Origin: Coriobacteriia bacterium
GTDB taxonomy: Bacteria; Actinomycetota; Coriobacteriia; Anaerosomatales; PHET01
Reading direction: 5' to 3'
Length of the DNA: 56,876 nucleotides
NCBI GenBank assembly: GCA_038202795.1
Contig: JBBREQ010000001.1
Span: forward strand, 1-56,876
How positions within the stretch are numbered: position 1 is the stretch's first letter; each line of letters starts with the position of its first letter. This document shows positions 1-8,887 of this stretch, piece by piece. The notes under the pieces are model-generated. The model saw nothing but the letters and a program-made list of their open reading frames with translations, had not been told where the DNA came from and made no database searches. The translations under genes were made by a program, and so were the position numbers.

Positions 1-384
1 GTTCCAGCCGCGCAGCCCCAGCCGGTCCGCGAGCATGCGCAGACCCAAGTCGTGCTGCTCCCCGGTGGGGCAAGCGAGCACGGCGGTCCTGCCGGTGTGC
101 GGCGCGGGCCCTGATGTCTGTGCAACGTCGAGGTAGAGAGACTCGATGACCGTACGTACCACCGAGGATGCGAAGTGCTCTTCCCAGATGCGGGTGGTGC
201 CCGCTTGCCATGCGTTTCCCGTGTCGACGAGCAGCACTGAGAGCACCTGAGTGTACACATCATCAAGCGCCACGCGGCCGGAGTGCACGGCATCGAGAAC
301 GACCGTAACGGCACCTGCGCGATCGCGGGCGGCGATCCGTGCATCGAGCTCGGCACGTAGTGCGCCGATTGCAGACTCGGCCAC
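1..384 (-). CDS. Cobalamin (B12)-binding domain protein, N-terminal part (runs off the window edge)
   Basis: Minus-strand frame is open from GTG at 384..382 (GGGG-rich RBS just upstream) to position 1. Translation: MAESAIGALRAEL...NAWQAGTTRIWEEHFASSVV...ACPTGEQHDLGLRMLADRL. It shows a W-x9-EH helical-bundle motif and an E-x-H-x-x-G (DxHxxG-type) B12 loop, as in CarH/LitR-type B12 modules. No HTH is visible. Confidence 0.6.
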   Translation of the reverse strand, partial: MAESAIGALRAELDARIAARDRAGAVTVVLDAVHSGRVALDDVYTQVLSVLLVDTGNAWQAGTTRIWEEHFASSVVRTVIESLYLDVAQTSGPAPHTGRTAVLACPTGEQHDLGLRMLADRLGLRGWN

Positions 385-477
385 AGTGGCCCCCCTTCAG
401 ACGTCCACCTGAATCGTACCCGAACAGCCGTAGCGCCATTGTGGCGGCATCTGGGTGACGGAGAATCTCGGTGCCCT

Positions 478-507
478 ATGGACAACGCCCGCGCTGCTCG
501 GTAGAAT
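478..507 (+). promoter_or_regulatory. Possible sigma-70-type promoter for tRNA-Asp
   Basis: -10 TAGAAT at 502..507. The -35 ATGGAC at 478..483 is weak, with an 18-nt spacer. Confidence 0.25.
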
Positions 508-544
508 CCCGTTCGCTGTCCGCTTCGGGCGGCGTCACCCATTC

Positions 545-621
545 GGGGGTGTAGCTCAGCTGGTTAGAGCGCTGGCCTGTCAAGCCAGAGGTCGCGGGTT
601 CGAGCCCCGTCACTCCCGCCA
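545..621 (+). tRNA. tRNA-Asp (anticodon GTC), CCA encoded
   Basis: Cloverleaf folded by hand. Acceptor GGGGGTG/CACTCCC; anticodon stem CTGGC/GCCAG with loop CTGTCAA; T-loop TTCGAGC; 3' GCCA. Confidence 0.95.
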
Positions 622-632
622 CAAGGACACAC

Positions 633-662
633 AGAAGCCGGCCTACGGGTCGGCTTCTTTTC
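633..662 (+). terminator. Intrinsic terminator after tRNA-Asp
   Basis: Stem AGAAGCCG / CGGCTTCT, followed by a T-tract (cttttc). Confidence 0.7.
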
Positions 663-789
663 ATGTGCGGGCTCCGCAGGTTTGGATGTCTCACCCTCGT
701 TTGGCTAGTGGGGCTACAATGGCGACCTCAGGGGGTTTAAACACCCCGTTCGGGAGTCTCGATTCTAGCGCGAAACGGGAGTGGGTCGT

Positions 790-2481
790 ATGCGTCGTAT
801 CTTCATAGCAATGGTCATGGCCGGTCTAATGGCAGCAGCGAGCCCCTCTAGCGCGTTCGCGTGGCAGAACGGCCAGACCCGTGACGGTTTTGGCACGCAT
901 GATTGGATCCTCTACCACGCGATGGAGCTTGCGGGCGCGGACGCGTCGTGGATCGATCGGAACGAAGCCCTGCTCTCAACCGACGATCCTGACAACTGGC
1001 GCGACGACTACTCGTCCACTTCGCCCCAGTACAGGCTCGAGCAGCCCCTTCATCTGTACTACCCTGACTCGACGAAGCAAGGAGCCCCGCAGGCCGTCAC
1101 GGACCACTACACGCTCATGGTCCAGGCGCTCTCAGTCGACGACACCGTTACCGCGAGCAGGGAACTTGGGTACGCGTCCCACTACTACACTGACCTGCTC
1201 GTCCCGTTTCACGCATTCAGCTACGGGATCGGCTCGCTTGAGGAGGGTATCGACCACCGCAACTACGAGTCGGCTGTAGGCGCCGTCACGCAGTCACCCG
1301 AGGCCTACGGCGAGTGGATCACCGGGCTCGCACCGCGACCGATGACTGACGTTCGGGCGCGCTCGATCGAGGCCGCGTCCTACTCGGGCGGCAAGATGCT
1401 GGGGCTCATTGCGAAGTACGGCACGTTCGCCTATTTCGACCCCGCCACAGACGCCCAGACTCAGGTGCTCCTCAACCGTGCCGTAAACGATCTCGCGGAT
1501 CTGATTCGCTCCGCGAAGTCGGGCCAAGGTGCACCACGTCCCCTAGCGTCGATTCGGGTTTGGTCCGACTACGACTATCCCGCGCTTGAAAGGCCGGTGC
1601 GCGTCTGGGCCGAGGTCCGCGATGATCGGGGACGGGTGGTCCGCGGCGCAAAGGTCAACTACGACTTCCGGGTTACTCAGCCCTGCTCTTACACGGCCTA
1701 CACAAACGCGGACGGCGTCGCGCGCCAGGCCCACGATAGTGTGGTTGGCACGGTGAACGTGCCTTTCAACGTCGTGGTGACAGCTGCGAGCGCCGGCACC
1801 ACGCTCACGAGCACCGTGGCGCTCAAACCAACAGAGATCATCGGCGCGGGCTCCTCGGGCATGCGCACCTACATGAAGTACGATGCAACGCCCGCACAGG
1901 GCACGACCGTCACGGTCAAGACGCAGGTCCGGAATAGCGATGGCGGGCCCATCCCCGGCATCAAGGTGGTCTACACGGTCAAGCACAAGGGCGGTTGGGT
2001 GAAGCGGACCACCTACACCAACGCCAGTGGGAACGCATGGCTCAGCCGCAGCATAGGCAACTCGCGCGCCGGGTACCGGGTCTCTGTGCGAGCAGACGCC
2101 TACGGGGGCACGGAACCGGCCAACACCTATGACGGCATGCGCACCGATACAACCTCGTTCGTACCGCACAGCGGGGTCGCGCACATGAAGGCGTACCGGA
2201 TGACGCCAGCGAAACCCCCGCAGTCGACCACGGTCACCATCAAGGCGAAGTGTCTGGACGATCACGGCAATCCGATAGTGGGTCGCACGGTGAAGTTCGC
2301 GTGGAAGTTCAAGTCCGGGACCGTCACCAGTTACGCGAAGACCAACGCATCGGGAAACGCCTGGGTATCGCGCGGAGTAGGGAAGTCCAAACCTGGCTAC
2401 AAGGTCAAAGTGACCGCATCCGTGCGCTCTGGCTCGAAGGTGAAGAAGTCGGTGGTCTCGTTCACGCCGGTGTCGCCTTAG
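790..2481 (+). CDS. Secreted zinc-dependent phospholipase C-domain protein with C-terminal Ig-like repeats
   Basis: ORF 781..2481; ATG at 790 lies 8 nt after GGGAG. Signal peptide ends ...SSAFA-W. N-terminal W..GTHDWILYHAMELAG and HYYTDLLVPFHA match the zinc-PLC W/H and H..D..P.H motifs. Three or more C-terminal beta-rich repeats follow (VKFAWKFKSGTVTSYAKTNASGNAWVSR...). A paralog lies at 23003..24388. Confidence 0.75.
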   Translation: MRRIFIAMVMAGLMAAASPSSAFAWQNGQTRDGFGTHDWILYHAMELAGADASWIDRNEALLSTDDPDNWRDDYSSTSPQYRLEQPLHLYYPDSTKQGAPQAVTDHYTLMVQALSVDDTVTASRELGYASHYYTDLLVPFHAFSYGIGSLEEGIDHRNYESAVGAVTQSPEAYGEWITGLAPRPMTDVRARSIEAASYSGGKMLGLIAKYGTFAYFDPATDAQTQVLLNRAVNDLADLIRSAKSGQGAPRPLASIRVWSDYDYPALERPVRVWAEVRDDRGRVVRGAKVNYDFRVTQPCSYTAYTNADGVARQAHDSVVGTVNVPFNVVVTAASAGTTLTSTVALKPTEIIGAGSSGMRTYMKYDATPAQGTTVTVKTQVRNSDGGPIPGIKVVYTVKHKGGWVKRTTYTNASGNAWLSRSIGNSRAGYRVSVRADAYGGTEPANTYDGMRTDTTSFVPHSGVAHMKAYRMTPAKPPQSTTVTIKAKCLDDHGNPIVGRTVKFAWKFKSGTVTSYAKTNASGNAWVSRGVGKSKPGYKVKVTASVRSGSKVKKSVVSFTPVSP

Positions 2482-2485
2482 GAAT

Positions 2486-3064
2486 CTAGCACACCGACAA
2501 AGACGAGATCATGAACTCGCCCAGCTGGGTCATCGCTTCCTCGGTGGTCAGGTTGGTCGACTCGAGGAATCCGCGGTCGCGCACTGCTATTGAGCCGACC
2601 CAACCTAGGTAGGCGAGGAACTCAGCGTTCATATCGCGGAACACGCCCTGGGCGATGCCCTCCTCGATGTAGCCCTTCACACTGTCCATGCCTTGGCGAT
2701 AGGTGGCGGCCCGGATTTCGGCGATCGGCTCTGAGCCTGCGATGTCCGCCCAGTAGGCGTCGCTCGTTGTGCCGTCCACGACTTTGCCGGCCTCGGCGAA
2801 ATAGGCGCGGATCTTCTCGGCAGGGGAGTCACACTTTTCTGCGGCGAGGCGACAGCGATCCAAGGACTTCTCGGCGACGCGCGCATGGGCCTTCAAGACC
2901 AGTTCTTCCTTGCTGGGGGCGAGCTGGTACAGGGTGGTGCGAGAGCAACTGAGCCGCTCGGTCAAATCGCTCATGCGCAGCGAAGAGAACCCTTCGGAGA
3001 AGATGATCTTCTCGATCTGATCCAGCAGCTCTTCTCGCCGCGTAGTGTCGGGCTTGCGACCCAT
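2486..3064 (-). CDS. TetR/AcrR family transcriptional regulator
   Basis: 192 aa. N-terminal HTH: REELLDQIEKIIFSEGFSSLRMSDLTERLSCSRTTLYQLAPSKEEL. Confidence 0.9.
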   Translation of the reverse strand: MGRKPDTTRREELLDQIEKIIFSEGFSSLRMSDLTERLSCSRTTLYQLAPSKEELVLKAHARVAEKSLDRCRLAAEKCDSPAEKIRAYFAEAGKVVDGTTSDAYWADIAGSEPIAEIRAATYRQGMDSVKGYIEEGIAQGVFRDMNAEFLAYLGWVGSIAVRDRGFLESTNLTTEEAMTQLGEFMISSLSVC

Positions 3065-3140
3065 GTGTCACCACAATCCTGGCGGCCGATGTTGACTGTT
3101 GTATGGATTCTAACTCCGTTGCGCATTGCTGCCCATAGGG

Positions 3141-3188
3141 CTTCTGCGGACTCCCATGCCGCGAATGGCGCGCGGGATTCCGCAGAAG
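3141..3188. repeat. 15-bp imperfect inverted repeat in the TetR divergent intergenic region
   Basis: CTTCTGCGGACTCCC (3141..3155) and GGGATTCCGCAGAAG (3174..3188) are complementary at 14/15 positions, with an 18-nt GC-rich spacer. Confidence 0.4.
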
Positions 3189-3276
3189 GATGTGGGCGAA
3201 TCTCGCATCTCGGCCGCACGAGGCCCCGTTCTCAGCGTAGAATCAGTCCAAACGATTCACGATCCGAGAGGCTGAC

Positions 3277-3522
3277 ATGATCGACGAGCAGGCCGAAAAC
3301 ACCGATAAGGAGCCGACTGCGCCCGATACGGCGGCAGAGCCGGAACCCGAGAAGCACACGCTCAAGGAGGGCATCCGCGACGGTGCCGCCAAGGCGTGGG
3401 GTGTCGCTGTCGAGGTCGGGTCGATCCTGGGTGGCGAGAGTGGTCACATCGTCGAAGCCGAGCGCGAGGTCGCCGAGGCGCATGCCGAGGATCTCCTCGA
3501 TCGCCTGGACGGCGAAGGCTAG
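3277..3522 (+). CDS. Hypothetical small acidic protein
   Basis: 81-aa ORF with RBS GAGAGG upstream and a clean terminator downstream. No recognisable domain. Confidence 0.5.
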   Translation: MIDEQAENTDKEPTAPDTAAEPEPEKHTLKEGIRDGAAKAWGVAVEVGSILGGESGHIVEAEREVAEAHAEDLLDRLDGEG

Positions 3523-3557
3523 GCACGCACGTTGTTCCGTGGTACCCAGTAGGAATC

Positions 3558-3595
3558 GAGAGGCCGGGAGCGAACTCCCGGCCTCTGTCGTTTTT
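3558..3595 (+). terminator. Intrinsic terminator
   Basis: GAGAGGCCGGGAG-cgaa-CTCCCGGCCTCT, followed by gtcgttttt. Confidence 0.7.
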
Positions 3596-3721
3596 CGGGG
3601 TCATCGCAGCAGCCCCCCACGCACTGCGGCCAGGTCCGCGCCACGCGGCTGTTCGCGTATCATGCGCTAAGTCTGTGTCGTGCGCGGTCATTTCCCGACC
3701 GCCGTGGGGAGGAGTGTATCG

Positions 3722-4294
3722 ATGGTTGAGCACGTGGCCGTGGGAGACAAGATCACCACGTTGCGGGAGTCGATGTCGATGTCGGTCGAGCAGCTCGCGG
3801 AGCGCTGCGGCTGCGACGCGGCCACGATCTCGGCACTTGAGGCGGGTTCACTCGCGCCGTCGCTGGCGCCCCTCATCAAGATCACGCGCGCTCTGGGCGT
3901 CCGCCTAGGCACGCTTCTCGACGACGACACCAACGTGGGCCCGGTGGTCACACGCAAGGACGCTGCGGCTTCGGTCGACCGGACGCACGACCTCGAGACC
4001 GGCGTTGGATCAGGCACGCTCGACTTCTTCTCGCTCGCCGAGGGCAAGACCGCACGGCACATGGAGCCGTTCATGATCACGGTGAACCCGTCTACTGACC
4101 GCCAGCTCTCTGCTCACGAGGGTGAGGAGTTCATCTACATCCTCGACGGTACGATCGAGGTCGAGTACGGCAAGGAGACCTACGTCCTTGGCGTGGGCGA
4201 CAGCATCTACCTCGACTCCATCGTGCCGCACCAGGTGCGCGGCGCGAGCCCGTCACCCGCCCGCATCCTCGCCGTGGTCTACGCGCCGTTTTAG
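3722..4294 (+). CDS. XRE-family HTH regulator with C-terminal cupin domain
   Basis: ATG at 3722 follows GGGGAGGAG. HTH: [32 protein letters not shown]. Cupin: [19 protein letters not shown]...SIVPHQV. Confidence 0.85.
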   Translation: MVEHVAVGDKITTLRESMSMSVEQLAERCGCDAATISALEAGSLAPSLAPLIKITRALGVRLGTLLDDDTNVGPVVTRKDAAASVDRTHDLETGVGSGTLDFFSLAEGKTARHMEPFMITVNPSTDRQLSAHEGEEFIYILDGTIEVEYGKETYVLGVGDSIYLDSIVPHQVRGASPSPARILAVVYAPF

Positions 4295-4305
4295 GAGGTT
4301 CGATC

Positions 4306-6033
4306 ATGGCCACGCCGCTCAACGAGCTTCACACCAATCTGACAATTGGTCAGTACTTCGACAAGATCGCTGCCGAGCAACCCGATCGGGACTTCGTGGT
4401 CTACCCCGACCGCGATCTGCGCTGGACCTACCGGCAGTTCGACGAGCGTGCGACGACCCTGGCAAAAGGCCTGCTCGCTATAGGTATGGAGCCCGGCGAC
4501 CACCTGGGCATCTGGGCTCGCAACGTGCCCGACTGGATCACCTTCGCATTCGCGACCGCCAAAATCGGGGTTGTGCTCGTGACGGTGAACCCGGTCTACA
4601 AGAGCCACGAGCTCTCCTACGTCATCAAGCAGTCCGATATGAAGGCGCTCGTCATCATCGATGCCTTCCGTGACGTCGACTACATCGAGATCGTGCGGGG
4701 GCTGGTGCCGGAGGCGGCGACTCAGGAGCGCGGTCGTCTGGAGTCGCCCGAGTTCCCCCTGCTCAAGAACCTCATCTACATGGGTCCCGAGAAGCACCGC
4801 GGCTTCTACACTACGCCGGAACTCATCCTTCTCGGCCAGCACTGTGATGACGAGGCCTACGATGGTGCGCGCGAGGGTCAGCACTGCGACGACACGATCA
4901 ACATGCAGTACACCTCGGGAACGACGGGTTTTCCCAAAGGCGTCATGCTCACCAACCGCAATATTCTGAACAACGGCTTCTACATCGGTGAGCGGCAGGA
5001 GTTCACAGCGCAAGACCGGGTCTGTCTGCCGGTTCCCTTCTTCCACTGCTTTGGCATCGTGCTGGGCATACTCGCAGTGCTCACCCACGGAGCGACGATC
5101 GTGGGTGTGGAGAGTTTCGACCCGGTGCTCGTGCTGGCGGCCGTGCAGAAGGAGAAGGCCACCGCGCTCTACGGCGTACCTACGATGTTCATTGCCGAGC
5201 TCGATCACCCCATGTTCGACCTGTTCGACCTGACCTCTCTTCGCACCGGGATCATGGCTGGCTCGCCGTGCCCCATCGAGACGATGCGCCAGGTCATCGA
5301 TAAGATGCACGCCTCCGAGCTGACCATATGCTACGGGCTTACCGAGGCGTCCCCGGTGTTCACTCAGACCACCACGGACGACACGCTCGAGCGCAAGTGC
5401 GAGACGGTCGGTCGTGCGCACGACCAGGTCGATGTGCGCGTCATCGACCCGGAAACCGGTGAGGACTGCCCATCGGGTGTGCCGGGCGAGCTGTGCACGC
5501 GCGGCTATCACATCATGAAGGGCTACTACAAAATGCCTGAGGCCACTGCGACAGCGATCGACGCCGACGGGTGGCTCCACTCCGGAGACTTGGGGACTGT
5601 CGACGAGGATGGCTACTACCGCATCACCGGACGCATCAAGGACATGATTATCCGCGGCGGTGAGAACATCTACCCGCGCGAGATCGAAGAGTTCCTCTAC
5701 ACGATGCCGGGAGTGAAAGACGTGCAGGTCGTGGGTGTGCCCGATGCCAAGTACGGCGAGGTCGTGGGCGCGTTCGTCATGCGGTTCGCCGGCTCAGATA
5801 TCACGGAGTCCGACGTGCAGGAGTTCACCCGGGCACGCCTTGCCCGCTACAAGTGCCCCAAGTACGTCTTCTTCGTCGACGAGTACCCACAGACCGCTTC
5901 CGGCAAGATCCAGAAGTACAAGCTGCGAGAGATGGCCGCCGAGAAGATCGGTGTCGCCGACGTGAAGGTGTTCGCGAGTGGTGCGGACGCATCAGATGAC
6001 GAGTGCGTGGTCCAAGGGACCGGCGGCGCCTAG
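4306..6033 (+). CDS. AMP-dependent acyl-CoA synthetase/ligase (FadD-like)
   Basis: 575 aa. AMP-binding signature [18 protein letters not shown]; later GDLG...GRIKD and a C-terminal SGKIQK. Confidence 0.9.
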   Translation: MATPLNELHTNLTIGQYFDKIAAEQPDRDFVVYPDRDLRWTYRQFDERATTLAKGLLAIGMEPGDHLGIWARNVPDWITFAFATAKIGVVLVTVNPVYKSHELSYVIKQSDMKALVIIDAFRDVDYIEIVRGLVPEAATQERGRLESPEFPLLKNLIYMGPEKHRGFYTTPELILLGQHCDDEAYDGAREGQHCDDTINMQYTSGTTGFPKGVMLTNRNILNNGFYIGERQEFTAQDRVCLPVPFFHCFGIVLGILAVLTHGATIVGVESFDPVLVLAAVQKEKATALYGVPTMFIAELDHPMFDLFDLTSLRTGIMAGSPCPIETMRQVIDKMHASELTICYGLTEASPVFTQTTTDDTLERKCETVGRAHDQVDVRVIDPETGEDCPSGVPGELCTRGYHIMKGYYKMPEATATAIDADGWLHSGDLGTVDEDGYYRITGRIKDMIIRGGENIYPREIEEFLYTMPGVKDVQVVGVPDAKYGEVVGAFVMRFAGSDITESDVQEFTRARLARYKCPKYVFFVDEYPQTASGKIQKYKLREMAAEKIGVADVKVFASGADASDDECVVQGTGGA

Positions 6034-6045
6034 GACAGCGGACGG

Positions 6046-6720
6046 CTAGCGGCCCGTGACGGCTTCGACAGCGACGACCGCCCCTCCGAGGGATGAGGAG
6101 GCGTCGCTCATGGGCGTCACGCTGAACATGAACTGCTGTCGGCGCCCGTCCGGCCAGGTCATGATTCGCCGCGCTCCGGAGATCCGCTGATCGCCAGCTA
6201 GGTTCTCGAGGGGTGCGGCGCCCCCCTCGGCGTCCACCAACGTCCACGCCGGGTGCGTCAGCATGCCAGTGTCTGGGCTTTCTGCGATACCCAGCATGTG
6301 GCGAGCCGGGTCATTGGCGAAGGTGATATGCCCGCCAGGAGCGACGATCATGATGCCAACCGGTGATGTGTCCACGATGTCCATGAGCAGGTCGTTCTGC
6401 TGCTGCAGCATGTTCGCGGAATGTGAGCGCTCGTCGAGGCGTATCTGGGCCTCAGTCGCAGCAGCAGCCAGTATCAGCAGGGGCGCGAACAGCAGCTCGG
6501 CGTAGTCCTCGAACAGGTCGAGGGCGTCGGTGATTCCGGCATACTGCACCACATTTGAGAAGCCGACAAAGGTATAGAGCGCCATGGCGGCCGCAAGCGC
6601 GATCAAAGGGGTCCGCGAGCGTCCCGACTCCCGCGATGGCAGCTTGGAGAGGGCGATCACGGTCGTCGCGCCGAAGGCCAACACGCTTATGGCGGCGGCT
6701 ACATCGACGAGGCGGTTCAT
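6046..6720 (-). CDS. Membrane-anchored PAS-domain protein without an output domain
   Basis: Start taken at MNRLVD (ATG 6720..6718), which overlaps the upstream stop as ATGA. The N-terminus has TM helices; the C-terminus is PAS-like (LLMDIVDTSPVGIMIVAPGGHITFANDPARHMLG...). The ORF-track version (6046..6873) extends further upstream. Confidence 0.7.
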   Translation of the reverse strand: MNRLVDVAAAISVLAFGATTVIALSKLPSRESGRSRTPLIALAAAMALYTFVGFSNVVQYAGITDALDLFEDYAELLFAPLLILAAAATEAQIRLDERSHSANMLQQQNDLLMDIVDTSPVGIMIVAPGGHITFANDPARHMLGIAESPDTGMLTHPAWTLVDAEGGAAPLENLAGDQRISGARRIMTWPDGRRQQFMFSVTPMSDASSSLGGAVVAVEAVTGR

Positions 6721-7010
6721 GGCGTGTCGTGCTCGCTGTAGGCGGGTGGCCCCGGCATGCGGATTACAGCCACAAGGAACGCGACCCCCGAAGCCGCATA
6801 GAACGCATGCTCCGCGTCGTTGAGCAGATCGGGCCAGATGAGGCCTTCGAGAATCGTTACGACCAGGGCACACAACATGAACCCGTAGCCCAGAGAGAAG
6901 AAGGGGGCTTCTCGGTGCGGGCGCAGCCTGACCACACGAAGCAGAATCGGAATCGCCAAGACGGCGATCACGAGGTCGACGACTTCATTGGGATTGATGA
7001 GCGGCTCCAT
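6717..7010 (-). CDS. Small polytopic membrane protein, translationally coupled to the PAS protein
   Basis: ATG at 7010 lies 7 nt after GGGGGGAG. About 97 aa with three hydrophobic segments. No domain recognised. Confidence 0.55.
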   Translation of the reverse strand: MEPLINPNEVVDLVIAVLAIPILLRVVRLRPHREAPFFSLGYGFMLCALVVTILEGLIWPDLLNDAEHAFYAASGVAFLVAVIRMPGPPAYSEHDTP

Positions 7011-7193
7011 TCTGGCGCTCCCCCCCGTTCGCAGCACCTACCAGTACATGTACCCTTTGGGGACGCTGCTCCTCCCTTGAATCGAACAATGCTCCGGCGA
7101 CTGACTCCCGCTGCTCAGCCGAGCTTCTCGGTATACTGACGATGCACCTCTACACATGGGGGTGGCTCCCGCGCCGAGAGGACCGTTGCGGAC

Positions 7194-7772
7194 ATGTCAG
7201 AACCTGCATCGATGGTCGAGATCCGGTGGCACGGCAGGGGCGGCCAAGGTGCTGTGACAAGCGCTAAGCTGCTCGCCGATGCCGCATACCGGAGTGGATG
7301 GAAGGGCGTGACCAGCGCACCGTCGTTCGGCGCGGAACGGCGCGGCGCGCCCATCACGGCGTCTACGCGGCTCGACTCGGAGCCGATTCGCGTCTACTCG
7401 CAAGTGACTCGGCCCGATATCGCCGTAGTGCTCGATGATTCGCTGCTCGAGGTCGGCGGTGCCCTGCTCGGACTCAAACCGGGAGCCACCGTCGTGGTGA
7501 ACACGGTACGTCCCGCCGCCGAGCTGGGGGTGCCGGGGGACGCCCGGGTGGTCACCGCCGATGTGACGGGCGCGGCACAGGCGGCCGGTGTTCTCGTAGG
7601 CGGCAACCCCATCGTGAGTGCCGCGATTCTGGGCAGCATCGCCAAGGCTACGGGCGTGGTGACGATGGAGTCGGTGGAAGAGGCTATCGCCGGCATGTTC
7701 TCAGGCTCGGCGGTAGGAAAGAACACCGAGGCGGCGCGGATCGCCTACGAGTGCACCGAAGGGAAGCGCTGA
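7194..7772 (+). CDS. 2-oxoacid:ferredoxin oxidoreductase, gamma subunit (POR/VOR type)
   Basis: IRWHGRGGQGAVTSAKLLADAA...FGAERRGAP is the typical gamma-subunit signature. Confidence 0.9.
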   Translation: MSEPASMVEIRWHGRGGQGAVTSAKLLADAAYRSGWKGVTSAPSFGAERRGAPITASTRLDSEPIRVYSQVTRPDIAVVLDDSLLEVGGALLGLKPGATVVVNTVRPAAELGVPGDARVVTADVTGAAQAAGVLVGGNPIVSAAILGSIAKATGVVTMESVEEAIAGMFSGSAVGKNTEAARIAYECTEGKR

Positions 7773-8095
7773 TGGGTACGAGGGAGTGCGGTTCCCCGAT
7801 CGCGATGTCGAAGCCCGCGGCTGGTGAGGCGGGGCGTACCGGGGACTGGCGCTCGAAGCGGCCGGTCATGTTGGCCGAAAGCTGCCTTGCCGTGAAGCGG
7901 GGCGAGGCCGTCTGTCAGCTTTGCTGGGCATACTGCCCCGACTCGTGCATCGGACGCGGCGTCGGACCGGTGATCGACCTTGAGTACTGCAAGGGATGTG
8001 GCATCTGCGCAGAGGTGTGTCCCGCGAGCGCCATCGAGATGGTGCCCGAGTCTGTGCATGGCGTGTGCGACATCAAGAAGGAGCGAGACCGATGA
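7772..8095 (+). CDS. 2-oxoacid:ferredoxin oxidoreductase, delta subunit (2x[4Fe-4S] ferredoxin)
   Basis: ATG at 7772 overlaps the gamma-subunit stop. Cys motifs: C..CWAYCP and CKGCGICAEVCP. Confidence 0.85.
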   Translation: MGTRECGSPIAMSKPAAGEAGRTGDWRSKRPVMLAESCLAVKRGEAVCQLCWAYCPDSCIGRGVGPVIDLEYCKGCGICAEVCPASAIEMVPESVHGVCDIKKERDR

Positions 8096-8147
8096 AGATG
8101 AGACAAAGTCGCAGTAGCGGGGCTCGCAAGGACAGTAGGGCCGGAAG

Positions 8148-8612
8148 CTACTCTTCGGTGGGATCTTCGGGAGAGGCTCTTCTGACCAGGAAGTAGGTCA
8201 CTCCCAGCGCCAGTACCAAGAATCCGAGTGCGAACAGCACCAGTGGGCCGTAGGTCGACAGGTCGAGAAGAATGACCTTTCTGGCCAGTGCGATGATGGC
8301 AACGAGCACGACGATCTCGACGTGGATGGAGTGTCTCCGAAAGTAGACTTCGACGGTCTCGATAAGCTCGAGCGCGATGAGAACGGACAGGAACAGTCCC
8401 AGCACCTTGAACATGTCGGCTTCGGAGATGAAGAACTGATCGGTCGCAGGCATGGTACCGCGCAGCAGAGTGCTGACGGCAGCGTAGATGATCTCGAGGG
8501 TGACCAGGCCCACGACCAGGAACATCAGGGCCATGAGCACGCCTGCGATGATGCGTTTGCCCACGAAGGACCATCGCAGGATCTTCGAGGTATTCAGCTC
8601 CTGTTGCTTCAC
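8148..8612 (-). CDS. PsiE-family (phosphate-starvation-inducible E-like) membrane protein
   Basis: GTG at 8612 lies 5 nt after GGAGGA. Four TM segments, with ...LIALELIETVEVYFR...VEIVVLVAIIALARKVILLD as in PsiE-like proteins. The gene is visibly less GC-rich than its flanks. Confidence 0.7.
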   Translation of the reverse strand: MKQQELNTSKILRWSFVGKRIIAGVLMALMFLVVGLVTLEIIYAAVSTLLRGTMPATDQFFISEADMFKVLGLFLSVLIALELIETVEVYFRRHSIHVEIVVLVAIIALARKVILLDLSTYGPLVLFALGFLVLALGVTYFLVRRASPEDPTEE

Positions 8613-8887
8613 ACGAATCCTCCGTTGTAGCGACGCCGATGAGTGCATGATAGCGGTGTAGCGCCTCGCGCGCAGCGCCCGGAGGCGCTTCGCTCGGTGC
8701 TGAAGGAGCGCTGGAATGTCGCGTGGACGCAGTTCCTCCTCCCGGAACAGGGGAGCGGTTCGGCCCCTGATGGAGGATACTGAACACAGGCCACTGGCAC
8801 GCTCAGGTGGCCGATGATGGGCCTACACGACCGGCGGGTGAGCCCTCTGGGTACGATCCGGCAGGTTATCCAGTCTGAGGAGAGCAA

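Noticed and set aside
4291-5580. 429-aa ORF on the minus strand
   Set aside because: Antisense to the acyl-CoA synthetase gene. No motifs, and compositional bias typical of shadow ORFs.
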